Translations under genes and position numbers: made by a program
Origin: an uncultured delta proteobacterium
GTDB taxonomy: Bacteria; Desulfobacterota; Desulfomonilia; UBA1062
NCBI GenBank assembly: GCA_963798485.1
Contig: CAWCTR010000008.1
Span: forward strand, 160,001-224,000
Direction: 5' to 3'
DNA: 64,000 bases
Notes under the pieces: model-generated
What the model saw: only the letters and a program-made list of their open reading frames with translations
What the model was told of the DNA's origin: nothing
Database searches by the model: none
Shown here: one piece after another, positions 10,764 to 20,758 of the stretch
Layout: each line of letters starts with the position of its first letter
Numbering within the stretch: the first letter of the stretch is position 1

Positions 10764-10960
10764 TCAACGGCCCACCACAAGAATGTCGAGGTATTCCGGA
10801 CCGCTATCGCTATGGCCTCCATTGGCATGGTGATTTTTGCCTGACGAAGTAGGTGCCATTTGCGAAACAGCATTTATTGATTGTATAGCTTCGGTAGTGA
10901 TAAGAATGATCTGGTTGTTCTTGGTGTCGAGCGTGCAGGTCTTTGCGCGAGGCATCGTCT
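10764..10960 (-). pseudogene. C-terminal remnant of a YncE/YVTN-type beta-propeller protein
   Basis: KTMPRAKTCTLDTKNNQIILITTE...YLDILVVGR* resembles the last blade and tail of YncE-like proteins; upstream part is missing. Confidence 0.45.
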
Positions 10961-11192
10961 TTCCTTGTATTATTCCCCTCCATCCATCAACGACTATGGT
11001 AAAAAGTTGGTTATTGACTATACCGGTTATCCTGTATAGCAATAACCAATGGAAACAGACCTGATTCAGTACAGGAAACCGCTGTGGTTTTCATCCGTAA
11101 CTCTCATAGTGAAGTCAGAGATCAACGTGTGATAGTCGTCGTTACTAACCGCGAAGGGGTATCTATATAAAATAAAAGGAGACTTGATAGGC

Positions 11193-12344
11193 ATGGAAAG
11201 ATGGAACTTAGAGTCCTATGGGCGCATTGCCATCTTTGTGACCCTTGTTGCTCTTGTTTTCGTTGCCGGATGCAGCAGACATCAAGCGGAAGGGGCTGCG
11301 TCGGCAACCATCGTGGAGGTTGCGGAAGTAATAACGAAGGATTTACCTGTGTGGTCGGAATGGACCGCTTCAACTGACGGCATGGTAAACGCAACGATCC
11401 GCCCCCAAGTACAAGGCTATCTACTCGCCCAGCACTATAAGGAAGGCGACTATGTGAAAAAGGGGCAGCTACTTTTCGAGATTGACGATAGAACCTTCAT
11501 GGTTGCGCTGAAGCAGGCAAACAGTCGGGTTGTTCAGGCGAGGGTTGAGTGGGAAAATGCAAAGGCCAATCTGGCCCGTGTGAAGCCCCTTGCCGAGTAT
11601 AAGGCTGTAAGCGCAAAGGATTTGGATGAAGCCATCCGTGCCGAAGGGTCCTGTCAGGCTTCTCTTGAGGCGGCCACGGCGGCAGCGGAGAAAGCAGAAC
11701 TTGATCTCAAGTTCACGAGAATCGTCAGTCCCATCGACGGTATTGCCGGTATCGCTAAGGCGCAAGTGGGCAACCTGGTAGGGCCGGGTTCCACGGAGGA
11801 GCTTACCACCATTTCCACTGTCGATCCCATCAAGGTAAACGTACCTCTGACCGAGCAGGAGTACCTCCGAGATATGCGGAACGGCACGACCAGTAAGGCG
11901 ACACTCCAGTTAATTCTTGCAGACGGAAGCGTTCACCCTTATAAAGGCAGGTTTGCCTTTGTTGACCGGCAGGTGGATGTGGGCACCGGCACGATTAAGG
12001 TGGCAGCCCTTTTCCCCAATCCGGGGAACTTCCTCAGACCCGGCCAGTTTGCACGGGTTCGGGCGGAGACCTCCATAATGAAAAATGTTCCCCTTGTTCC
12101 TCAACGGGCGGTCATAGAGGTGCAGGGGAGCCGCGAGGTGGCTGTGGTCAATCCCGGCAACAAGATCGAAATGACCCCCATCAAAGTGGGCCCCCGCTTC
12201 GGTGATCTATGGGTCGTCGAGGAAGGGCTGAAAGCCGGACAGAAGGTTGTCGTTGAAGGAACTCAAAAGGTACATCAGGGGTCATCCGTGACGCCGCGGC
12301 CTTATCAGGCATCTCACCAGAGTCCAACAGCGCAAGGCAGCTAG
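11193..12344 (+). CDS. RND efflux periplasmic adaptor (MFP), lipoprotein
   Basis: Lipobox FVAGC; IRPQVQGYL, EGDYVKKGQLLFEID, SPIDG, TGTIKV, LRPGQF. Confidence 0.93.
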   Translation: MERWNLESYGRIAIFVTLVALVFVAGCSRHQAEGAASATIVEVAEVITKDLPVWSEWTASTDGMVNATIRPQVQGYLLAQHYKEGDYVKKGQLLFEIDDRTFMVALKQANSRVVQARVEWENAKANLARVKPLAEYKAVSAKDLDEAIRAEGSCQASLEAATAAAEKAELDLKFTRIVSPIDGIAGIAKAQVGNLVGPGSTEELTTISTVDPIKVNVPLTEQEYLRDMRNGTTSKATLQLILADGSVHPYKGRFAFVDRQVDVGTGTIKVAALFPNPGNFLRPGQFARVRAETSIMKNVPLVPQRAVIEVQGSREVAVVNPGNKIEMTPIKVGPRFGDLWVVEEGLKAGQKVVVEGTQKVHQGSSVTPRPYQASHQSPTAQGS

Positions 12345-12353
12345 GGGGAGATC

Positions 12354-15300
12354 ATGGCCAAGTTCTTCATTAACAGACCCATCGTCGCCATCGTCATTTC
12401 GATCATCATTGTCACCATGGGCATTATTGCTATTTTGGGCCTGCCTGTTGAACGCTACCCGAATATTGTCCCCCCTGAGATGAGGGTCGAAGCTGTTTAT
12501 ACCGGAGCCGATGCGGAAACTCTTGAGCGGTCCGTTGCGAATCCCATTGAGCAGCGGATGAGCGGCGTCGATAACATGAATTACATGTACTCCATGAACT
12601 CGTCGAGTGGCATGATGAGGCTCTATGTCAACTTCGATGTGAAGAGCAATCCGGATACGGATCAAATTCTCGCCCAGTTGCGTCAGGGAGAGGCCCAATC
12701 CCAACTTCCGGAAGACGTCCGCAACTATGGCGTGACGGTTAAGAAAGGGGGCACAACTCCCTTTCTTCTCATTGCCCTTCATTCACCGAAGGGAACCCGG
12801 GATTCGGTTTTCCTGGCCAACTACGCCAATATCAGTCTTGTCGACCAGCTACTCAGAGTGCCGGGTGTTTCTCAGGCCAATATCTTCGGAGCGGGTAACT
12901 ACGCGATCCGCATATGGGTAAAACCCGATACCCTTGCCAAACTTGGTATTACGCTACCGGAAATCGTGAGCGCCATCAAGAATCAGAATACCGTCAATCC
13001 TGCCGGCAAAATAGGGGGCGAGCCAGAGCCTCCGGGACAGGAGTTCACATACACCGTCAGGACGGAAGGGCGTCTTGTTTCGGAAGAAGAGTTCGGTTCA
13101 ATCGTTGTTCGGGCGAATACGGACGGTTCCCTGGTCCGCCTGAAGGATGTGGCCCGCATCGAACTCGGAGCACAGGACTATAGTTATAAAAGCAGGCTGA
13201 ACGGCAAATCCGCTGCGGCTATTGCCCTTTACCAGACCCCCGGCACCAATGCTCTCGAAGCCGCGGAAGGGGTGAAAAGGGTGATGAAAAATGCTAGGAC
13301 CCAATTTCCCTCCGACCTCGATTACGTCGTTTCCCTCGATACCACAAAAAGCGTTACGGAAGGGGTCAAAGAGATCGTCAAAACCCTCGTGGAAGCGATG
13401 ATCCTCGTCATCATCGTGGTCTTCATCTTTCTTCAGGGCTGGCGAGCGACTCTCATTCCCACCCTGGCCATTCCCGTCTCTCTTCTCGGCACCTTCGCCT
13501 TCTTCCCCCTTCTGGGGTTTTCCATCAATACCCTGTCCCTTTTCGGGCTCGTCCTGGCCATAGGACTCGTCGTTGACAACGCCATTATCGTGGTGGAAGC
13601 GGTGGAGAGGCATATGGAGGAAGGGCTTTCTCCAAGAGAGGCAACCATCAAAACCATGGACGAGGTATCAGGACCTATTGTGGCCATCACCCTGATCCTG
13701 ATGGTTGTCTTCGTTCCCACCATCTTCATTCCGGGCATTACGGGCAGACTTTACCAGCAGTTTGCCGTTACGATCGCCATTTCCGTACTTCTTTCCACTG
13801 TGAATGCCCTTACCTTAAGCCCCGCCCTTTCGGCCCTTATTCTGAAGCCGCGAAAGGAAGGCCGGGGCGGGCTGGGCCGTTTCTATCGCCGCTTCAATAC
13901 CCTCTTCGGAAAGGCGACTAACAGCTATGTCCATCTCTGCGGTGATCTGATCAAGAAGAGCGTTTTGAGCCTCGCGTTCATCGGCGCAGCAATCCTCATA
14001 GTCGCCCTCCTGGGCAAGACCATACCCAGCGGTTTTCTCCCCGAGGAGGATCATGGATACTTCTATATCACCGTTTCTCTTCCGGGGGCGGCTTCACTTG
14101 CGCGCACCGATGAGACCTGTAGGCAGATCGAATCGCTCCTCGCCCATACGCCGGGTGTCCAGTACTACACCACTGTTGCAGGCTTCAACATGATGGAGTC
14201 ATCGGCGATTTCTTCCAGTGGTTTTTACTTCGTCTCGCTTAAAGACTGGGGTGAGAGAAAGAAACCCGAGGAACAGATTGATCAGATTCTGGACTCTCTT
14301 AACCTCAAGCTCGCTGCTCTTCCGCAAGGGATTGCCTTTGCATTTCCACCCCCGGCCATCCCCGGCATAGGTAACGCCGGAGGCATCACCTTCATTCTCG
14401 AAGACCGGGCAGGAAAAGATATAGGTTTTCTTGCCGCCAACACGGGGAAATTTATTGAAGCAGCGCGAAAACGTCCTGAACTGGCACGTGTTACCACCTC
14501 CTTTCAGGCCGGGGTTCCTCAAATACTCGCGAAGGTGGATCGGGACAAGGTGATGAGGCAGGGCATTGATATAAGCCAGGTTTATCAGACCATGCAAGCC
14601 TTTATGGGGGGTGCCTTTATCAACTATTTTAACCGCTTCGGCCGGCAGTGGCAGGTTTACGTCCAGGCTGACAAAGACTATCGAGGGAATGCCGAAAACA
14701 TAGGCTTGTTTTCCGTTCTCAACGACAAGCGCGAAAGAGTGCCCCTCTCTTCGCTCATAAGCATCAAACCGACTTCCGGTCCTGAGACGACCATGCGCTA
14801 CAACCTGTATCGTTCCGCCCGGATTGATGCTATGGCGAAACCCGGCTACAGTTCCGCCCAGGCCATGAAGGCCCTTGAGGAGGTGTTTCATGAAACGATG
14901 CCTCGGGAAATGGGGTTCGACTATTCAGGCATGAGCTTCCAGGAGAAGAAGGCGCAAGAGGGCGTGCCTGCATGGGCAATCTTTGCCTTCTCTCTATTCT
15001 GTGTCTTTCTCCTGCTTTCCGCCCAGTATGAGAGCTGGTCTCTTCCATTGAGCGTCCTCATCACCACACCAGTAGCGGTCTTAGGCGCGCTGTGCGCCAT
15101 ATGGTTGCGCGGCCAGACAAATAATGTATACGCCCAAATAGGTATGATTGTTCTCATCGGCCTCACCGCAAAGAATGCCATCCTTATCGTAGAATTTGCA
15201 AAGAGGGCAAATGAGCGCGGCGTGCCACTGCGAGAGGCTGCCCTTGAAGGTGCCCGATTGAGGTTGAGGCCCATTTTGATGACGTCCTTTGCTTTTATCC

Positions 15301-15494
15301 TGGGTGTCGCGCCCCTCGCCATCTCAACAGGCGCAGGTGCCAGGGGCAGGCAGATTATAGGAACGATTGTCGCCGGCGGGACGATTGCCGCTTCAGTCAT
15401 TGCCATATTCCTCATCCCGGCTGCATTCTATATAGTCAGCTGGTTGTCGAAGAGCAAGAATAGTGCGGAAACTCTGGAGGACGACAATGCGTAA
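12354..15494 (+). CDS. RND efflux permease (HAE1/AcrB family)
   Basis: MAKFFINRPI, GLVVDNAIIVVE, KNAILIVEFA, RLRPILMTS; 1046 aa. Confidence 0.95.
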   Translation: MAKFFINRPIVAIVISIIIVTMGIIAILGLPVERYPNIVPPEMRVEAVYTGADAETLERSVANPIEQRMSGVDNMNYMYSMNSSSGMMRLYVNFDVKSNPDTDQILAQLRQGEAQSQLPEDVRNYGVTVKKGGTTPFLLIALHSPKGTRDSVFLANYANISLVDQLLRVPGVSQANIFGAGNYAIRIWVKPDTLAKLGITLPEIVSAIKNQNTVNPAGKIGGEPEPPGQEFTYTVRTEGRLVSEEEFGSIVVRANTDGSLVRLKDVARIELGAQDYSYKSRLNGKSAAAIALYQTPGTNALEAAEGVKRVMKNARTQFPSDLDYVVSLDTTKSVTEGVKEIVKTLVEAMILVIIVVFIFLQGWRATLIPTLAIPVSLLGTFAFFPLLGFSINTLSLFGLVLAIGLVVDNAIIVVEAVERHMEEGLSPREATIKTMDEVSGPIVAITLILMVVFVPTIFIPGITGRLYQQFAVTIAISVLLSTVNALTLSPALSALILKPRKEGRGGLGRFYRRFNTLFGKATNSYVHLCGDLIKKSVLSLAFIGAAILIVALLGKTIPSGFLPEEDHGYFYITVSLPGAASLARTDETCRQIESLLAHTPGVQYYTTVAGFNMMESSAISSSGFYFVSLKDWGERKKPEEQIDQILDSLNLKLAALPQGIAFAFPPPAIPGIGNAGGITFILEDRAGKDIGFLAANTGKFIEAARKRPELARVTTSFQAGVPQILAKVDRDKVMRQGIDISQVYQTMQAFMGGAFINYFNRFGRQWQVYVQADKDYRGNAENIGLFSVLNDKRERVPLSSLISIKPTSGPETTMRYNLYRSARIDAMAKPGYSSAQAMKALEEVFHETMPREMGFDYSGMSFQEKKAQEGVPAWAIFAFSLFCVFLLLSAQYESWSLPLSVLITTPVAVLGALCAIWLRGQTNNVYAQIGMIVLIGLTAKNAILIVEFAKRANERGVPLREAALEGARLRLRPILMTSFAFILGVAPLAISTGAGARGRQIIGTIVAGGTIAASVIAIFLIPAAFYIVSWLSKSKNSAETLEDDNA

Positions 15495-16908
15495 CAAATA
15501 TCTTCATTTATTCCTCTTTATCTTTATTGCTCTTGTTTTTGGTTGCGCAGTGGGCCCCGATTATCACCGCCCGTCCATAAATACTCCGACCACATGGCGG
15601 TTTGAAGAACTCCAGGCGAAAGCCATGGCCAATACCGCATGGTGGGAGCAGTTTGAAGACCCGGTGCTGAATGATCTGATCCTTGTTGCCCTTAAGGAAA
15701 ACAAAGACATCCTGATTGCAGCGGCGAGGATCGAGGAGTTCATAGGACGGTACAGGGTAACTCGGTCTGAGGCCTTTCCCCGGGTAGGCGGCACGGCCTC
15801 TGGATCCAAGACTCAGGTTTCAGACAACATCAATGAGTATCTGCCGTCAGTCTATGACAACCCTTATAGTGATTATCTGGTGGAAGGAAATGCGAGCTGG
15901 GAAATCGACCTTTGGGGAAAGATCAGGCGGGCAAATGAGGCAGCTCGTGCAAATCTGTTGAGCACAGAAGAGGGCAGAAGGACCGTCATCATGTCCCTTG
16001 TTTGCGCCGTTGCGAATTCTTATATCGAGTTGCGTGATCTTGACCGGGAGCTTGAAATCGCCGAGAGTACTTTGAAAAGTCGAGAGAATACGCTGAAGTT
16101 GTTCCGGCTGCGCTTCGACAAGGGGGTCATTTCCGAGCTGGAGTTGCAGCAGGTGCAACTCGAATATGAAATGGCACTGGCAACCGTTCCAGTGATTCAG
16201 AAGTTGGTCATCCAGCAGGAAAACCTTATAAGTGACCTGCTTGGCCGGAACCCTGGAACGATTGCAAGAGGAAAGGCGATCGATCAGTTTGTGCTTCCGG
16301 CTGTGCCCTCCGGGCTTCCTTCTGATTTGCTCGCACAACGGCCCGACATTCGGCAGGCCGAGCAAGATCTCATCTCGACCAATGCTCAGATAGGTGCGGC
16401 CAAGGCGGCATACTTCCCGAGTATTTCCCTGACCGGATCATACGGCGTGGAGAGCAAAGATCTGTCCGACCTTTTTAAAGGCCCAGCGCACATGTGGAGC
16501 TTAGGGGTACCTATTAACATGCCTATTTTTACTGCAGGCGCTATCGGCGGGCAGGTGAAAGCAGCCGAGGCGATACAGAAGCAATCACTCATCCGCTACC
16601 AACAAGTGATCCAGGAGGCCTTTAAGGAAGTGAACAACGCACTGGTCGATCAGAGCAAGACGAGAGAACAGCTCCAGGCTCAAAAGCAGCAGGAAGATAC
16701 GGCCCTCGCTTATGTGAGGCTTGCAAGACTTAAGTATGAGAACGGGTATGTGAGTTATCTCGAAGTGCTCGATGCTGAACGCAGCATGTTCAACGTACAG
16801 CTCGCGTATGTGCGAACGCAGGCCGATCTTTTCCGGGCTCTCGTGGACCTCTACAAGTCGATGGGAGGGGGTTGGGTGGTAAAGGCAGAGGACCTGACAA
16901 AGGAGTAG
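15487..16908 (+). CDS. RND outer membrane channel (NodT/OprM family lipoprotein)
   Basis: GCAVGPDY, WWEQFEDP, SWEIDLWG, PSDLLAQRPDI, LYKSMGGGW. Confidence 0.93.
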   Translation: MRNKYLHLFLFIFIALVFGCAVGPDYHRPSINTPTTWRFEELQAKAMANTAWWEQFEDPVLNDLILVALKENKDILIAAARIEEFIGRYRVTRSEAFPRVGGTASGSKTQVSDNINEYLPSVYDNPYSDYLVEGNASWEIDLWGKIRRANEAARANLLSTEEGRRTVIMSLVCAVANSYIELRDLDRELEIAESTLKSRENTLKLFRLRFDKGVISELELQQVQLEYEMALATVPVIQKLVIQQENLISDLLGRNPGTIARGKAIDQFVLPAVPSGLPSDLLAQRPDIRQAEQDLISTNAQIGAAKAAYFPSISLTGSYGVESKDLSDLFKGPAHMWSLGVPINMPIFTAGAIGGQVKAAEAIQKQSLIRYQQVIQEAFKEVNNALVDQSKTREQLQAQKQQEDTALAYVRLARLKYENGYVSYLEVLDAERSMFNVQLAYVRTQADLFRALVDLYKSMGGGWVVKAEDLTKE

Positions 16909-16929
16909 TTTGATTGCTGGGAGGATCTT

Positions 16930-17733
16930 ATGTTTTTTATTACATTTTCCAGGAAGATGGGCACAAAAGGAACTGAAATTGCGAAGCTGGTGGCAAAGGA
17001 ACTGCAGTATAACTTCTATGATACAGAAGATATCGAGAAAAAAGCCGAAGAAATGGGAATTCTTGATGACATCAGAGAGGTAAACGACAAGGCTCCGTCT
17101 TCGTTTAAGAGGTTTTTTTCATACCGGCCGGAAATATGCCTGGACCGCTTGTATGTCGTCATTTATGAAATCGCTCGCCAGGGGAACGCAGTAATTCTTG
17201 GTCGGGGAGGCAATATGCTTTTCCGGTCTATTCCACATGCGCTTCATGTCCGGGTGATCGCATCGCAGGAAAAACGTGTCCAGAATCTTGTGGAGAGGGG
17301 TTATAAGAGAGAGGCGGCCGTTACGGTCATGGAGAAGAGCGATCACGAGAGAGAAAGTTTTATCAGATTTGCCTTCCATCGGGATTGGGACAACCCTGCC
17401 CTATACGATATAGTCCTCAATATGGATAACATAGCTGTTAATGTTGCGGCTGATATGATCTTGTGCGCAGCCCATGCGAAAGAAGCTCAGGACAACTCAG
17501 GTGATGTCTTAAACTCTCTGGACATGATGGAACTTGCAGCAAGAGTAAGGGCAGCCCTCACGGAAGCCGGTTTTCCATCAAGTTACATTTACGCTTTCGT
17601 TGAGGCACCGGGAAAGGTCCGGTTAACAGGGGTTGTACAAGTTCCCTGGGAGAAATCGTCTGCTGAGCGGACTGTGATAGCAGTAAAAGGCGTTGAATCC
17701 GTGGAAAACAAGATTGAGATAGCCGGCATATAG
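16930..17733 (+). CDS. Cytidylate kinase-like protein with C-terminal BON domain
   Basis: ITFSRKMGTKG, VILGRGG, YDIVLN; C-terminal GKVRLTGVV...VKGVESVENKI. Confidence 0.85.
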   Translation: MFFITFSRKMGTKGTEIAKLVAKELQYNFYDTEDIEKKAEEMGILDDIREVNDKAPSSFKRFFSYRPEICLDRLYVVIYEIARQGNAVILGRGGNMLFRSIPHALHVRVIASQEKRVQNLVERGYKREAAVTVMEKSDHERESFIRFAFHRDWDNPALYDIVLNMDNIAVNVAADMILCAAHAKEAQDNSGDVLNSLDMMELAARVRAALTEAGFPSSYIYAFVEAPGKVRLTGVVQVPWEKSSAERTVIAVKGVESVENKIEIAGI

Positions 17734-17773
17734 GATTCTATCAATCAATTTTTTAGTGACAAGGGGGACTTGC

Positions 17774-18331
17774 ATGGGAAGCCATTCAGAAAATGCAAGA
17801 GAGAGAATTATAGATGCGGCGGAACAGGTGGTTATTGGAGCAGGTGCCAGACATCTGACGCTTGATGCTGTTGCATCAAAAGCAGGCATAAGTAGGGGTG
17901 GTCTGCTCTACCATTTTCATGACAAAGAAGCTCTGCTCAGTGAGATGCTGCACAGGCGAAAGAAGCATCTAGACGAAAGCAGAAGGAAAAGGCGAGTCAA
18001 GACCCCGGCAGGGCCGGAGTGTGAGGCCGTCGTCTATATACTCTCATTGCTCGATGAGGATCACGGCATAGATAAGGATGTTTCGGCTGCCCTTGTTGCC
18101 TCGGGTGCGCATGATCCGGAACTCCTTGCGCCGGCCCGCGAAGATTTCCATCAGATTATCGCTGACCTCACTAAGGATGGGCTCAGCTTTGAGCGGGCTG
18201 CGGTTATTATGTTGGCAGCTAATGGGCTAAGACTTTGGGAAGTGCTGTCTATGTCTCCCTTCAATGCAAAAGAGCGCCGAAGAATTATCGAGGAGTTGCT
18301 GGCTCTCGCCGTAGTGGACAAAGGGGCATGA
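17774..18331 (+). CDS. TetR/AcrR family regulator
   Basis: HTH: TLDAVASKAGISRGGLLYHF. Confidence 0.9.
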   Translation: MGSHSENARERIIDAAEQVVIGAGARHLTLDAVASKAGISRGGLLYHFHDKEALLSEMLHRRKKHLDESRRKRRVKTPAGPECEAVVYILSLLDEDHGIDKDVSAALVASGAHDPELLAPAREDFHQIIADLTKDGLSFERAAVIMLAANGLRLWEVLSMSPFNAKERRRIIEELLALAVVDKGA

Positions 18332-18924
18332 AGAAGGGTGAGCTCAAGCCAATAGATAACCTCGACCTTGCATCGCATAGTATCACGATCTCTATAGTGG
18401 GCTGTAATTATCTTTCAGTGTCTTATATACGACATGAACACATCCGGGAAGCGATCAGGATCTCTCAATCTTGTTACCTCAAAGTGTAGATTTCCGTAAT
18501 AAACCTCGGTCTTAAGATGCCTGGAAACCGTAGATTATGATCAGGACTATTCATATTAGCTAAAGCGATGATTATGCATTATAATCATCACGTCCATGCA
18601 TACAAACTCGACCAAGAGATTATGAAACATAATCTCTCATTGCTAATCATGTCACAAGATCGGCTACCGGAGATCTTTCTCGGGTTGCTTTTTCACGGCT
18701 GATTTATGAAATCAGGGGCTTTCCCTGGGGATTATACCATTTATAGGGCCTGGGATGATATCAGCTTGTTGGCTTTTCCTGACAGCATTGCCTTTCGCTG
18801 GACATGATGTCATCGGTTTTTAGGGCCCCGGCACACTTGATGGACTTGTCATCATCAAGGTCTTCCTTTACCACTTTTATTGTGGTGCCTTGGTGGTAAA
18901 GATGCAATGGAAACCCCGCTTGTA

Positions 18925-19791
18925 TCACACCGACCTTATCCGAGACACAATATCATGGAAGAATTCTCTTGACCATATCGACAGCGCTTCAGGGTCCTTC
19001 ACAAATGGTGACACCTCAGTTCGTGCCTTGTTGATGTCGAGCGAATCTATAGCTGCATGAAGCGCTTGGTAAAACGCTTTGCTTGTTAGTTTTTCTGTGC
19101 CATTCCAGTCACCGGTCTGCCGCATTCTCTGCTCAAGATGTGTAAGGTGAAGCTCTGGATGGTTGGTTATGTACCATACAAGGTCGTACCAGTCTCTTCC
19201 CTTAACCCGTGTCTTCCACCTCCGACACAGCACTGCATGCATCTTCCCTGCGAACAAATCCGATAATACAAGCACCCTTATGGAAAATGGAATGGGGGCC
19301 AGAATGTACTTTGTTTCGGTAGAAAAATGAGGAGGAGGGTTTGTATCGACCTCCAGTTTGATCTTAAGTAATTGTCCTTTGGGGATTTCACGGAGTATCT
19401 CTTCACCAATTTCGATAACAAGCATCTGGCTAAAGGTCTCTGCCTTGAGAAATGCGGATTGCACAGGGCGCCTAACAGCCCTGTTTTTCTGCTCAAGATG
19501 CATATCAAACCCGAATGCCTGGAGCTCTTTTTCCAGGGATGAACCGAAAGAACCGAGATCAAAATCACCCATAGGCTCTAGAAGGGTGAAGTCAAGGTCT
19601 TCCGAGAACCTGTCAAGTCCATAGAGGATTCTCAAGGCCGTTCCTCCATAGAATGCAGCCTTATCAAAAAACTTGCTCCGCCACAGACCGAGCAGGGCAA
19701 TCTCCTGGATGATCTCCCGTAAGGCCTTGATATAATCCTCAAGCCTGGTACATGGGTACTTCTGCATCATCTGAGTCACTGCTTCATGCAT
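18925..19791 (-). CDS. abiEii: AbiEii-type nucleotidyltransferase toxin (type IV TA)
   Basis: FYGGTALRILYGLDRFSEDLDF, IKLEVD, KMHAVLCR, KGRDWYD. Confidence 0.9.
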   Translation of the reverse strand: MHEAVTQMMQKYPCTRLEDYIKALREIIQEIALLGLWRSKFFDKAAFYGGTALRILYGLDRFSEDLDFTLLEPMGDFDLGSFGSSLEKELQAFGFDMHLEQKNRAVRRPVQSAFLKAETFSQMLVIEIGEEILREIPKGQLLKIKLEVDTNPPPHFSTETKYILAPIPFSIRVLVLSDLFAGKMHAVLCRRWKTRVKGRDWYDLVWYITNHPELHLTHLEQRMRQTGDWNGTEKLTSKAFYQALHAAIDSLDINKARTEVSPFVKDPEALSIWSREFFHDIVSRIRSV

Positions 19792-19799
19792 GGCCTGCC

Positions 19800-20447
19800 T
19801 CACTCTCTTGTCTTTCGAATCTTTTGGAGAAGATTGCTCAGGACACGTAACTTGGATGACCGGTAACGCTCTGCAAACTCGAAGGCTTGGCCGATATCAA
19901 GCCTGCCTAAGAGATCGGGGTCGATACGAAGATTCTCAAACAGGTATTCCTCAAGCCCCTTGAGCGTTCTCATATCTGCACCACGCTCAATGAATATTTT
20001 ATCAACAAGGGCCTTTTCCGGTGTGGCGATGAGGAACGCCCCTCCATCATCCAGCTCGATTCTCGTCATACCTGGTTGGAAGGCGGGCAGGGGGATCATG
20101 CGATACGTGAACAGCCCCACAGGTGTGGTGAAGGTCCTCGACCGTCCCGTTGTAACCGATGTGAGAGATTCGACTCGTTCCGGAATCAGACCGTGATAAG
20201 ACAGGGCATATTCAAGAGAGATATACGAGGGACCATAGATAAGGTTAGCAAGAATCTCCCGCGAGTATGGCCTCTTCCTGTAATCCTGCCCAAAGATGTA
20301 CAAACCCTTCTTGACCCTGATGATCTGTTTTTTTCTCATGAGATCGGTAATCTTGTCCCTGGGGCGTGAGTATGCCTTAAGGCAGGTCATGAGCACCTGA
20401 TAGTCAAACTCCTCCCGGTTGATAGCCTTCCTGATTTGTTCAATCAT
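19800..20447 (-). CDS. abiEi: AbiEi-type antitoxin/transcriptional regulator (type IV TA)
   Basis: IIRVKKGLY, PSYISLEYALSYHGLIPE, ATPEKALVD; directly upstream of abiEii. Confidence 0.88.
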   Translation of the reverse strand: MIEQIRKAINREEFDYQVLMTCLKAYSRPRDKITDLMRKKQIIRVKKGLYIFGQDYRKRPYSREILANLIYGPSYISLEYALSYHGLIPERVESLTSVTTGRSRTFTTPVGLFTYRMIPLPAFQPGMTRIELDDGGAFLIATPEKALVDKIFIERGADMRTLKGLEEYLFENLRIDPDLLGRLDIGQAFEFAERYRSSKLRVLSNLLQKIRKTRE

Positions 20448-20581
20448 TGATGATATCTTTCCTCCTTCCCTCGCAGGTCATATCAGTATTGAACAAGATG
20501 CCCATTGGACTATGCTTCTCTTCCTCACATGGAGTAAGCTCTTTGTGACCTGAGAAATCTTGACCTTTTCCCCATTATCAT

Positions 20582-20626
20582 TTTCTGCATAGTATGTCGA
20601 CATTTTATCGACATACTATGCAGAAA
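20582..20626. promoter_or_regulatory. Perfect 19-bp inverted repeat, putative AbiEi operator
   Basis: TTTCTGCATAGTATGTCGA-N7-TCGACATACTATGCAGAAA, about 135 bp upstream of abiEi. Confidence 0.7.
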
Positions 20627-20758
20627 TTTCAAGATGTCCCTGATTGCTATGCTGAGATCAACAGACAATTCTTAGATCCTATGGTGCTTACCTCGGAGAT
20701 TTTTTATTGTAATTATTGTTCCTAACATCGCCATTATTTGTGTAAAACGTGTGTAGCA

